DNA of 53,284 nucleotides from Desulfuromonas sp. SDB (GTDB taxonomy: Bacteria > SDB-A): positions 1-53,284 of the forward strand of contig LKUE01000209.1 in the NCBI GenBank assembly GCA_001412365.1, given 5' to 3'. Below the pieces are notes generated by a model. The model did no database searches. It was not told where the DNA came from and saw only the letters and a program-made list of their open reading frames with translations. Numbering within the stretch: the first letter of the stretch is position 1; the number at the start of each line of letters is the position of its first letter. Position numbers and translations under genes: made by a program. Below, piece after piece: positions 1 through 8,909 of the stretch.

Positions 1-30
1 TTTTTCTCCTGGTTTAAATTAATGTTAATA

Positions 31-57
31 AATATAAAAGGGCAGCAAAAGCTGCCC
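31..57 (-). terminator. Rho-independent terminator downstream of the 67..2742 gene
   Basis: Perfect 7-bp stem GGGCAGC (40..46) / GCTGCCC (51..57) with a 4-nt AAAA loop. It lies 10 nt past the stop codon at 67..69. On the minus strand it is followed by TTTTATATT (39..31). Confidence 0.7.
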
Positions 58-66
58 TCATTAAAA

Positions 67-2742
67 CTACTTAACGATTACCAGCTTGCCGGTGTAAGTC
101 CTGCCCGCGGCAGTTACCCGGTAAACATAGGAACCGGTTGCTTCGCTTTGAAAATCAAAGGTCCGGGATCCCTGCATGGTGCCATCGAATAGATTGGCAA
201 CTTTCCTCCCGGCGATATCAAAGATATCTACGGAAACTTCAACTTCCAATGGTGAAGAGAAGAAAATTCCGGGTCGGGTTCCCACCGGATTAATTGCCCT
301 GACCGTAAACGGAGAGTTTCCAACAATTACCGGATACTCTTCTTCTATCCCCAGTCCGGAACAGACCAATGCGCCGATAGTCCAACCGTAGTTCAATCCG
401 TAAGCGCTTAGATATTCCCATCCTCCGGTATTGGTCCAAGCCCAGTCACTCTTCTGGGCAATTAAGGATTGAGCATTGCAAGGGAAGGGATAATTACCGG
501 TTTCATAGGTAAATCCGACCATTATCCACATGTCCGTACCGTCAATGTAAACACTGTCCGGCCCCAGGTAAATCTGATACCAGCCGGAGTCACCGGTTAC
601 AGTGAAGGGCTGATCAAACAAAGTATCTCCCAGGGTGTCTCCTAAAATCATCACCCGGGCATCGTCAAGGGGATTATTGCCGTCTCTTAACTGGAAGATA
701 ATTCTATTTACATAATCTCCGGTATAAGCTCCAATCTCAGTAGGTGTAAGTAAAATCGCCATAGCCATCCATTCTGGTGGATCACCGTAGCTAATGCCGG
801 TTTCCACCAGACCGCTCCAGTAGGTCAGGGTATCACAGGATAACAATCCTCCACAGGCAATGGTGAACATATCATCGGTGTAATCATATACTCCCGGATC
901 ATTATGATTTAATACGGCTAACTGGCACTGGGTGCTGGGTGTTCCGGGGATTACCCATTCATAAGGAGTGGCTACGCTTTCCGCCACTAGTTCCATGGTG
1001 TACCAGTTGTTGTAGGTGTACCAGATATCCACATAGTCCACATTGCCGGTCCAGGTGACATCAATAGTCTCCAGGGCGAAGAACGATTCTCCTCCGTTGG
1101 GATAGGTCAACTGCAGAGTGTCATATCCATTAGGAAATCCAAAAGTTTCAGTGATGTCAAATAAAGTGATCCCTCCTCCACTGCTAATCCAGTCATAACC
1201 GTCATGAGGGGCACAGCCGTTGGGTATTCTCTGGAAGGAAGAATCACTGTATTCACCAGCATATCCCAACTGATCCACCCTGGTGGTGTCTGCAGTGAAC
1301 AGGTATGCTACATCGGTACTGGCAAAATCAAATCCAAACTGGGTCTCATCAATGACCACATATTCCAGAGGATAGATTATCAGCGAAGCAAAGGTGTCCA
1401 CCTCATCCCCGTCGGACAGCAACCATCCCGCAGTGTTGACCACCTGAGTCATGGAAGGATTGAACAACTCCACTGAATCCGGTCCGCTTGCCGGATAAGG
1501 GTCAAGTTCATTAACGACCAACATTCCGTTTAAAGGTGCAGGATGAGCATCGTTGGGAGTATCAGGAGTAGGGCTCCCGTCAATATTGAAATCCCTGGCC
1601 ATGTCTCCGGTCATCAATCCATCTGTGATCCGGGAGCAGCTCCAATCGGTGATGGCTAAAGGTGCCGGTCCCATATCTCCATAAGCCACCATATCCACCG
1701 TTATTCCGGTATTTGTTTCCAAAAATAGGGAATCTCCGGAATTGTCCATAATATAACCTATACCGGACAGTAGAATCCGATCACCAGCGGCAATACTAGC
1801 AGTAGGAATTGTATAGATATCCCCGTCTTCAGATGAATAGAGAATCCAATCAGTTATATCCACTGCAGTTGTTCCGTAGTTGTACAATTCAACCCATTCA
1901 GTGCCCTTCATCTGGAATTCATTAATACACACCTCGGGACCCTGCATAACTCCGAAGTTATCCAGCATCTCATAAGCAGCGGCATACCAGGTGCTGGCGG
2001 TATTAGGCTGCCTGGCAGGATCAGCACTCCAATATGAACCTATCCAGTCATTACTTACACATGCAGGATTGGCTGCATTGGTGGGATCATAAGCTACTAT
2101 ATGACCGCTGGCAGAGACGGTGATATCATCCGGATAAAATATATTACTAGGGTAATCGGCTATAGTCCACCAGTCATATCCGGTTAATTCATTCTGACCC
2201 TGCATGTTTATGGAATCAAGACCAAATACATAGTCATCGGTAACTGAAGTTACCCCAAAATAAGTCTGGAGCATGGTCAGAAAGACTCCTCCCCCATGAC
2301 TGTAATGGGCATCCTGCCCGATAAACCACACCTTGCCGCCCTGGCTGAGATAATTACTCATCGCGGTTATAGCGTTAGCTGTAGGCCATACTGGTGAAGT
2401 CCACCACCAGTCATAGGTGTTCCAGATCACCAAATCGTAAAGAAGCAGCGTATCCACAGGAGGACCGTCACCGGTATCCACAATGGGTCCCCACCAGTCG
2501 TAATTACCAGCTCCCAATGTTGAATCCAAAGTGGCAATCCACATGGGATCAGGCTTGGTTGTAGGACCAAAACCGGGTTGTCCAGGAGCTTCCACAAATA
2601 GTACATTACCCGCTCTTCCTCCCTGGAATATTGGTCCAAAGTAATTATTAATTGGTTCAACATCTAATCCAGCTCTAGAAGAGGGTAAAGCCCAAATCTG
2701 AACTGCAAGCAAAATCATCAACAAAACTAATAGATTTCGCAA
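67..2742 (-). CDS. Secreted T9SS-sorted protein with two lamin-tail-like (LTD) domains; function unknown
   Basis: 891-aa ORF. TTG start at 2742 lies 5 nt after AGGAGG (2753..2748, minus strand). Signal peptide MRNLLVLLMILLAVQIWA. Two LTD-like segments (INEFQMKGTEWVELYNYG.. and VVNELDPYPASGPDSVELFNPS..). The C-terminus ..FDIAGRKVANLFDG..YVYRVTAAGRTYTGKLVIVK fits the type-A T9SS sorting domain pattern. Confidence 0.8.
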   Translation of the reverse strand: MRNLLVLLMILLAVQIWALPSSRAGLDVEPINNYFGPIFQGGRAGNVLFVEAPGQPGFGPTTKPDPMWIATLDSTLGAGNYDWWGPIVDTGDGPPVDTLLLYDLVIWNTYDWWWTSPVWPTANAITAMSNYLSQGGKVWFIGQDAHYSHGGGVFLTMLQTYFGVTSVTDDYVFGLDSINMQGQNELTGYDWWTIADYPSNIFYPDDITVSASGHIVAYDPTNAANPACVSNDWIGSYWSADPARQPNTASTWYAAAYEMLDNFGVMQGPEVCINEFQMKGTEWVELYNYGTTAVDITDWILYSSEDGDIYTIPTASIAAGDRILLSGIGYIMDNSGDSLFLETNTGITVDMVAYGDMGPAPLAITDWSCSRITDGLMTGDMARDFNIDGSPTPDTPNDAHPAPLNGMLVVNELDPYPASGPDSVELFNPSMTQVVNTAGWLLSDGDEVDTFASLIIYPLEYVVIDETQFGFDFASTDVAYLFTADTTRVDQLGYAGEYSDSSFQRIPNGCAPHDGYDWISSGGGITLFDITETFGFPNGYDTLQLTYPNGGESFFALETIDVTWTGNVDYVDIWYTYNNWYTMELVAESVATPYEWVIPGTPSTQCQLAVLNHNDPGVYDYTDDMFTIACGGLLSCDTLTYWSGLVETGISYGDPPEWMAMAILLTPTEIGAYTGDYVNRIIFQLRDGNNPLDDARVMILGDTLGDTLFDQPFTVTGDSGWYQIYLGPDSVYIDGTDMWIMVGFTYETGNYPFPCNAQSLIAQKSDWAWTNTGGWEYLSAYGLNYGWTIGALVCSGLGIEEEYPVIVGNSPFTVRAINPVGTRPGIFFSSPLEVEVSVDIFDIAGRKVANLFDGTMQGSRTFDFQSEATGSYVYRVTAAGRTYTGKLVIVK

Positions 2743-2871
2743 AACTACCTCCTGGTTAAATTTTTTATTGGAATAAAATTTGACATGCTTAAAAAGTTTT
2801 AACTCAACTGCATTAAAATAATGTTAATAATCAGTTAATTTATATTAACATAAATTTAATCTATTTACCTG

Positions 2872-3261
2872 TTATTCTGAATTATTTGCCTTTTTAAGTT
2901 CGTAATAATTTCCATCTTTGTCAATTATGAACAAGATGGTATGATCCTGCTTTCGATAACGGGTGAATTTATATCCTTTATCCTCTCCCCTTAAAACCAC
3001 TCCGGGCAGATCAGTAATTCTAAAACAGATATGATTGAAGCTTTGAGGGCTGTGCTGGTAATCCCGGTTGATAAAAACCTCGATCCAATCCTGATCTGAA
3101 CGATACACATAAACTTCAGTGGGGATGGATATGCCGAAGATTTCCTGAGCTGCTTTACGGTCAATACCGTACTTGTACAGAAATTGAAATTGCATAACTT
3201 GTTCAAAAAACTCCTGGAGGTTTTCCAGAGAGGATACAGTTACCGCAGCGTGAGAAATCAT
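2872..3261 (-). CDS. VOC / glyoxalase-bleomycin resistance family protein
   Basis: 129-aa ORF. Its size and beta-alpha-beta-beta-beta style pattern (MISHAAVTVSSLENLQEFF.., ..FNHICFRITDL..) are typical of single-domain VOC proteins. Confidence 0.6.
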   Translation of the reverse strand: MISHAAVTVSSLENLQEFFEQVMQFQFLYKYGIDRKAAQEIFGISIPTEVYVYRSDQDWIEVFINRDYQHSPQSFNHICFRITDLPGVVLRGEDKGYKFTRYRKQDHTILFIIDKDGNYYELKKANNSE

Positions 3262-3461
3262 AACCGATAATTACCACAAAAAATTTAACTGGTCAATTAA
3301 CAACTTAAAAACAATTTTTTAGATAAGCTTATATTTGCTTCACCCTAAACATTTAAAATCTTAAAAACAAAGTAAATCTGAAAATATTTGTGTTTTAGTT
3401 CATTGTTTATTATTTGTTGAAGGTTATAATATAGTAGATAAAAAATAATTTAAAGGAAGGA

Positions 3462-3995
3462 ATGATGGAAAAACTTATCTCCACCCGGACTATTTATAAA
3501 GGAAAAATATTAGATTTATACAAGGACAAGGTTATTCTGCCTTCGGGCAGGGAATCATTTAGAGAAGTAGTGCGCCACCGAGGGGCAGTGGCAGTTTTAC
3601 CCTGGATCAACCGCGAGGTGATACTGGTAAAACAATACCGCTATGCGGTGGATAAGTATTTATGGGAAATTCCCGCAGGATTAAAAGAAATTGGTGAGAC
3701 TCCAGTGCAGACTGCTCAGCGGGAACTGGTGGAGGAAACCAAATACTTTCCCCGCAAACTTGAAAAGCTGGTGGAATTTTACAGCACTCCCGGGTTTTCC
3801 GATGAAATAATTCATATATTTATTGCCACCGAATTGATAGAAGATACCTCAAAAAATGCTGATTATGATGAATTTATCGAGGTTGAAAGTTTTTCCAGGG
3901 AAAAAATTGAAAAAATGATTTTACAGGGAAAAATTGAAGATGCAAAAACACTGGTGGCTATTAATTTAGCCATAGCCCAAAACAAACTGAATTAG
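3462..3995 (+). CDS. NUDIX hydrolase (ADP-ribose pyrophosphatase-like)
   Basis: 177 aa. Nudix box GLKEIGETPVQTAQRELVEETKY (GX5EX7REUXEEXGU pattern). SD AAGGAAGG lies upstream of the ATG. Confidence 0.85.
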   Translation: MMEKLISTRTIYKGKILDLYKDKVILPSGRESFREVVRHRGAVAVLPWINREVILVKQYRYAVDKYLWEIPAGLKEIGETPVQTAQRELVEETKYFPRKLEKLVEFYSTPGFSDEIIHIFIATELIEDTSKNADYDEFIEVESFSREKIEKMILQGKIEDAKTLVAINLAIAQNKLN

Positions 3996-4000
3996 GTAAA

Positions 4001-5755
4001 GTGATGCCCGGGGTTAAATATCTTAGTGTTCTCATATTCAGTGCCTTTATTTTTCCGGTTTTCCTTTTTTCAGAGCCGCTGATAATAAGGGAAACGGAGG
4101 ATACTCCGGATATCTTAGCTCATTACCTGACTGAATACCCGGTTAATTTAAATACTGCTCCGGTGGACAGCTTATTGATGATTCCCGGTTTTGACCATAT
4201 TATCGCGGGGAATATCATTGAAAACAGGCCCTTCCGGTCAGTTAATTCTGCTTTAGTGGAAGCAGGGTTCTCCCCCGCGGAAATAAGTAATCTCATCCCT
4301 TATCTTACGGTGAGTCCTTCCCCCCGTATAATTCCCGAACAAGTTCAAGGAAATTTTTCCAGCTGGATTGATTATGGAAATCAGCCTGATGTCCTGGAAA
4401 AACCTCAACCCTGGGATTTAAAAACCAATTTATTTTTAAGATACCGCTGCTATCAAACCGGATGGTGCTTTGAACAGGACCGGGGAGAACAAAAATTTCC
4501 CGATCTCATCAATGGTTACATTGAATATCAAGGTACCTCTTTCCGGGTTTTGGGGGGAACTCAACAAATTAAAACCGGTGCCGGTCTTCTGCTGGGTCAA
4601 GGACAGTTTGGATTGAGATTATTTCCAGCATCATTTTTTTCAGCCAGAGGATACAGCGGATCAACTGAATTAGGATTACCCCTGGGGCTGTTCACCCAGT
4701 ACAGTCATAACTGGCTTAACAGCTGGGTATTCGCCGGAGTGAGATTCTATGATGCCATTTTAGACTCAAATAACCAAGCTACCAGCTTAAATACCCAGGG
4801 TGTTCATGTCAGCGATTTAGAAATCCAGAGAAGTAGAAATTTCAGAACTACCGAAATTGATGCCGGTTTGTACATCCCTGCGGTAAATGCTGGTGTTTTA
4901 GTTACTTCCCAGCATTACAGCCACCCTCTGCTTATCACCTCCTCTGTCCCCGCCAGCAATCAAACTGGTTTTGCCCTGTTATTTAAACCAGCTTTCCACA
5001 ACACTGAAATTTTTGGTGAACTGGCAAAAATCAGCACCGGTCCTCTGGGAGGTTATCTGGGTGTATTGTCTAACTTCAATAAATTTAGACTACTTATGGC
5101 GGCAAGACATTATCAGAAAGATTTCTACTTACCCACCTCCAATCCCCCTTCGGAAACCAGAGGTGAAAATGAAGAGGGAATTTACCTGGAGGTGAAAACT
5201 CTGTACACCCGGATTAAGTTCAGTACCTTTTTCAATTACTCCAGAGAGGTGGTTAGTCCATCTTCTAACTGGAGAACTGAAATCCATTCTGAACTATCTT
5301 CAAATATTGAATCAAAGACGAATCTATCTCTAAGTTACCGATTTCAATCTAAAAAAGGTGAATCAAGCGGCTTCCCCGGAATTTATCCGACCCGTCATCA
5401 AATCCGCATTGACTTGCAAAATGAATTTATAGATATTTACTATCTGAAATGCATAGCTACTGATTCCGGTTTTTACAATCAGGGGGATGCGGTGGCGGTA
5501 CAAACCAGGTTAAACCTGAATAAATTTAGTTTAGGTCTTTTCGGCGCTGCTTACCAAACTGATTCCTATGCTTCCAGGGTGTACCTGTATAAACCAGGAC
5601 TTCCCCAAACTATCAATTATATAATTGCCTCCGGCGAAGGGTCGTTTGCCCGACTTTATTTGAGTTATCAATGGGGCAATTACCGGATAAAGGCTTATAC
5701 CGACTTTAACACCCGGGAAAATTTCAGCGGAGTATATATTCATGCCACAATCTGA
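4001..5755 (+). CDS. Signal-peptide protein with a ComEA-type helix-hairpin-helix domain fused to a predicted beta-barrel; function unknown
   Basis: 584 aa with a GTG/ATG start at 4001/4004. Hydrophobic leader VKYLSVLIFSAFIFPVFLFS. HhH motif VNLNTAPVDSLLMIPGFDHIIAGNIIENRPFRS. The remaining ~450 aa show alternating hydrophobic/aromatic strand patterns (LSLSYRFQS, AVAVQTRLNLNKFSLGLFGAAYQ, ARLYLSYQWGNYRIKAYTDF). Confidence 0.7.
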   Translation: MMPGVKYLSVLIFSAFIFPVFLFSEPLIIRETEDTPDILAHYLTEYPVNLNTAPVDSLLMIPGFDHIIAGNIIENRPFRSVNSALVEAGFSPAEISNLIPYLTVSPSPRIIPEQVQGNFSSWIDYGNQPDVLEKPQPWDLKTNLFLRYRCYQTGWCFEQDRGEQKFPDLINGYIEYQGTSFRVLGGTQQIKTGAGLLLGQGQFGLRLFPASFFSARGYSGSTELGLPLGLFTQYSHNWLNSWVFAGVRFYDAILDSNNQATSLNTQGVHVSDLEIQRSRNFRTTEIDAGLYIPAVNAGVLVTSQHYSHPLLITSSVPASNQTGFALLFKPAFHNTEIFGELAKISTGPLGGYLGVLSNFNKFRLLMAARHYQKDFYLPTSNPPSETRGENEEGIYLEVKTLYTRIKFSTFFNYSREVVSPSSNWRTEIHSELSSNIESKTNLSLSYRFQSKKGESSGFPGIYPTRHQIRIDLQNEFIDIYYLKCIATDSGFYNQGDAVAVQTRLNLNKFSLGLFGAAYQTDSYASRVYLYKPGLPQTINYIIASGEGSFARLYLSYQWGNYRIKAYTDFNTRENFSGVYIHATI

Positions 5756-8108
5756 GCGGTGGGTGGACATTCTCATCATCAAACGCAGTTTGATGTTAAC
5801 CTACTGTATTCCGGAACATAAAAAAATCCAGGATTACTTGGGCAGATTAGTGGTAGTGCCGCTGAGAAAAGAAAAACTACTGGGCTGTGTGATCAGAAAA
5901 TCAGATCCGGGGCAACTTAAAAATATCCTGGATGTGGAATCAATTATCTGCCCGGAAGTATTTCTTTCTCCACTGAGTTTAAAGCTGGCTCAATTTATCA
6001 GCAATTACTATGCCTGTTCCTTAAGTAAAACCCTGGAAAAAATTTTCCCCGGGGGAAGCTACACCGTGGTTAGAAGGCAGCTGAAAGTAGTTAAAGAAAT
6101 ACCTGAAAAATATTTAAATGCCTCCCCTTCCCTGACCAGGTTAAATTCAAGGAAAGAACTTAATTATCTCACCGTAAGAAAAAATTTATCCTGTGAACAC
6201 AACCTTGATCTTCTTGCTAAACTGATCAATGAAAAATATTTAACATCCCACTATTTCATCCCTCCTCCTCAAAAATCAGTTTTTTCCACCCGCTTAATTA
6301 CCCTCACCTCCAAAATTCAACAGTATCTATCTCCCCGGCAAATCCGGCTTTTGGAAATTTTAGCCCTGCACCAGGGAGCATTGCCCCTGGACAAACTAAT
6401 TACCCTGATCGGGCCAAAAGTGGTAGATACAGTTATTCAGTTAGCCCGGAGAAGAATTATTAGAATATCCCGTATTTCTGCACCCCTTCCCCCTTCTGAT
6501 TTTCAGCTAACTCCTGAACAGAAAGCGGTGGTAGAAAAAATTATCAACCTTTATACCCCCGATCAATTCCTCCCCATTTTACTGCACGGGATAACCGGAA
6601 GCGGTAAAACCCTGGTGTATAAAAAAATAATGGAAAAAGTGTTGAGTTTACACAAAAAAGTTCTGGTGTTAGTTCCTGAAATCGGTCTTATCCAACAAAC
6701 GGTCAACTATTTCCGGGCTGCTTTCCCCCAATACCACATCGGGTTTTACCACAGTTCACTTTCTTCCCGGATTAGATTCGACCAGTACCGATTAGCTGCT
6801 CAAACTAAAATTGACATAATCATCGGCACCCGTTCAGCAATATTCATTCCCTTGGAGCCACTGGGTTTAGTGGTGGTGGATGAAGAACATTCCAGACAGT
6901 ACAAAGAACAGGAGTCCCCCCCCCTTTACTCAGCCAGGGATTTAGCGGTAGTAATAGCTAAATATCACTGCTGTCCGGTAATTTTAGGCAGCGCCACTCC
7001 TTCCGCGGAATCATATTTAAATGCTCAACAAGGAAAATATATTTACACTCAGTTAACTAAACGGGTTAAAAATGCCCGGCTGCCCTCCTGTTTCATTACC
7101 CCTATTGAACCCCAAGCTAAATTATCCCTTACTCCCGGTTTAATTGAAAATTTAGAACAGTGCGGCAAACAGCAAAGACAAGCTATTTTGCTGATAAACA
7201 GGCGGGGTTATGCAAATTTTGTTATCTGCCCCTCCTGCGGTGAAGTTATCAACTGCCCCCAATGTCAGGTAACCATGACCTATCACCGCAGTATTGATAA
7301 ATTGATCTGTCATTACTGCAATTATCAGAAAAAAATTCCCGCTAAATGTCCTCACTGTGAAAACAACCGTCTGCACATTCACGGCTGGGGAACCCAAAAA
7401 GTTGAACAACAACTTAAACAGTTATTGCCCCAGCGGATTATTGTCCGTTTGGATACTGATGTTCTTAAGAGGAAAAAGATGACTCACGCTGAAGTTTTCA
7501 ATGAATTTCAGAGGTATAATACTTCTATACTGCTGGGAACTCAAATGGTCTCCAAAGGTTTGGATTTTCCGGGAGTCTCCCTGGTGGGCATTATTGACGC
7601 CGATGAAGCTTTGTCCTTTCCCGATTTCAGATGCGGTGAATACACCTTTCAGCTGTTGGTTCAGGCAGCGGGAAGATCAGGAAGGGAAGATCAGAAGGGA
7701 AAAGTGATAATTCAAACCAGGAATCCCCGGCATCCGGTGATATTGCATGCCAGTAAGCACGATTATATAAGTTTTATTAGCCAGGAACTGAACATGAGAA
7801 AAGCAGCTAACTATCCCCCTTATTCAAAATTAATAAGAATTATTATTAAATCCACCAATTTAAACCTGGTTAAACAAACTGCCAATAAATTTAAAATTTT
7901 AATTGAAAAGAAAATTGGTGGAAAATATGAATTGCTGGGACCATCTCCCGCCCCCCTGGAAAAAATAAAAAGATACCACCGCTGGCATCTGCTAATTAAA
8001 ACTGATAAAACTGATCATCTAGGAGTAAGACTACTGAATTTAAAGGAAAGTATTAATTCATCAAAGATATCTATTATTATTGACGTAGATCCTCAATGGA
8101 TGATGTAG
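5742..8108 (+). CDS. priA: Primosomal protein N' (replication restart helicase PriA)
   Basis: 788 aa. Walker A GITGSGKT and a DEEH box (VVVDEEH). Cys-rich zinc region CPSCGEVINCPQCQVTMTYH..CHYCNY..CPHC. The N-terminal ..LTYCIPE..GRLVVVPL..GCVI pattern is typical of PriA. Confidence 0.93.
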   Translation: MPQSERWVDILIIKRSLMLTYCIPEHKKIQDYLGRLVVVPLRKEKLLGCVIRKSDPGQLKNILDVESIICPEVFLSPLSLKLAQFISNYYACSLSKTLEKIFPGGSYTVVRRQLKVVKEIPEKYLNASPSLTRLNSRKELNYLTVRKNLSCEHNLDLLAKLINEKYLTSHYFIPPPQKSVFSTRLITLTSKIQQYLSPRQIRLLEILALHQGALPLDKLITLIGPKVVDTVIQLARRRIIRISRISAPLPPSDFQLTPEQKAVVEKIINLYTPDQFLPILLHGITGSGKTLVYKKIMEKVLSLHKKVLVLVPEIGLIQQTVNYFRAAFPQYHIGFYHSSLSSRIRFDQYRLAAQTKIDIIIGTRSAIFIPLEPLGLVVVDEEHSRQYKEQESPPLYSARDLAVVIAKYHCCPVILGSATPSAESYLNAQQGKYIYTQLTKRVKNARLPSCFITPIEPQAKLSLTPGLIENLEQCGKQQRQAILLINRRGYANFVICPSCGEVINCPQCQVTMTYHRSIDKLICHYCNYQKKIPAKCPHCENNRLHIHGWGTQKVEQQLKQLLPQRIIVRLDTDVLKRKKMTHAEVFNEFQRYNTSILLGTQMVSKGLDFPGVSLVGIIDADEALSFPDFRCGEYTFQLLVQAAGRSGREDQKGKVIIQTRNPRHPVILHASKHDYISFISQELNMRKAANYPPYSKLIRIIIKSTNLNLVKQTANKFKILIEKKIGGKYELLGPSPAPLEKIKRYHRWHLLIKTDKTDHLGVRLLNLKESINSSKISIIIDVDPQWMM

Positions 8109-8118
8109 CAGGGAAAGA

Positions 8119-8412
8119 CTACAAACCGTATTTCTTCTCCACCCCTTTTCTGGATTCATAATAAAGATTTGACAGTATATCATGAACTGCTAATTTTTTA
8201 TCCCCATTTTTAACTAAATTTATATCCCTGACCAGTTCATCTAAACCATAAGTTGGCTGGTAATCAGGAATAATTTTATCATTGACCGCAATAATTCCTG
8301 CACAGATAAAAGTTCTCACTGCTTCAGAAAAACTGAAATCATATTCCTGGGCATACTTCCTGATAAAACTTTCCTGCCAGCTATAAAGCATTACCTGGTA
8401 TCTTTTCAGCAT
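8119..8412 (-). CDS. Small ribbon-helix-helix-like (CopG/MetJ-type) DNA-binding protein, putative
   Basis: 97 aa. The N-terminus KRYQVMLYSWQESFIRKYAQEYDFSFSEAVRTFI fits a strand-helix-helix pattern. A perfect palindrome lies in its upstream region (8465..8481). Confidence 0.5.
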   Translation of the reverse strand: MLKRYQVMLYSWQESFIRKYAQEYDFSFSEAVRTFICAGIIAVNDKIIPDYQPTYGLDELVRDINLVKNGDKKLAVHDILSNLYYESRKGVEKKYGL

Positions 8413-8464
8413 TATACCTCCATTTTAGCTATATGTAATAATTTAAACTGCAGTAAATATATCT

Positions 8465-8481
8465 AGTTATAATATATAACT
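8465..8481. promoter_or_regulatory. Perfect 7-3-7 palindrome, candidate operator upstream of the RHH gene
   Basis: AGTTATA-ATA-TATAACT at 8465..8481, which is 53-69 nt upstream of the start at 8412. It overlaps TATAAT-like sequence on the minus strand. The octamer CTAGTTAT recurs at 8463..8470 and 8508..8515. Confidence 0.4.
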
Positions 8482-8507
8482 GTACTTATATAACCAGAAA
8501 AACCTTG

Positions 8508-8909
8508 CTAGTTATCTCTAATTATAAAAGCCTGGAGATTTCCAATTGCTATAATTTTTCCTTCACTGTATGTTTCAATTTGGCAATGTCCCAAGCTGCT
8601 GCCGAGTTTAATTACTTTAGCTCTGGTCTCAATAGATTGTCCGGTGGCTTTTACCGGATTGACAAAGGATATTTGAATATTTAAAGTTACCGGATGGATA
8701 TCATCGGATGTTTTCAGGGCATAGCAGCCGCAGGTATCCATCAGTGAAGTGATAAAGCCACCGTGCAATGAACCCATGGTGTTGAGATGATCATCTTCAA
8801 CTACCTGGGTAGCAGTAGCTTGTCCCTGTTCCCGCTTAAGAATTATTCCCCGCTTCCGGTAATATTCAGTAAATTCAGAATCATTCAACAGTTTTTTCCT
8901 TCTCTTCAA
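8508..8909 (-). CDS. PaaI-family hotdog-fold thioesterase
   Basis: 133 aa. Motif ..MGSLHGGFITSLMDTCGCYA.. is typical of PaaI/YbgC-like thioesterases. The start at 8909 is TTG. An alternative TTG at 8888 would cut the overlap with the upstream gene from 29 nt to 8 nt. Confidence 0.75.
   Translation of the reverse strand: MKRRKKLLNDSEFTEYYRKRGIILKREQGQATATQVVEDDHLNTMGSLHGGFITSLMDTCGCYALKTSDDIHPVTLNIQISFVNPVKATGQSIETRAKVIKLGSSLGHCQIETYSEGKIIAIGNLQAFIIRDN

Noticed and set aside
2780-2785. Perfect TTGACA -35 hexamer on the + strand.
   Set aside because: There is no acceptable -10 at 16-18 nt spacing, and no + strand gene follows for about 680 nt. The region serves minus-strand genes.
14-2830. 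The 18-nt direct repeats (14..31 and 2813..2830) bracketing the GC-rich 67..2742 gene as att sites or target-site duplications of an inserted cassette.
   Set aside because: No recombinase is present. The left copy is contiguous with an SD that evidently serves a further gene beyond the window edge, so a repeated 5' regulatory motif explains the pattern better. Chance matches are also plausible in AT-rich DNA.
3404-3430. Promoter for the NUDIX gene (TTGTTT ... TATAAT).
   Set aside because: TATAAT at 3425..3430 is good, but the best -35-like hexamer (3404..3409) gives only a 15-nt spacer. That is too weak to list as a feature.
8119-8412. RHH protein as the antitoxin of a type II toxin-antitoxin pair.
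   Set aside because: No small toxin-like ORF is adjacent on the same strand. The 3' end abuts convergent priA with a 10-nt gap, and upstream is a thioesterase. At most it is an orphan.
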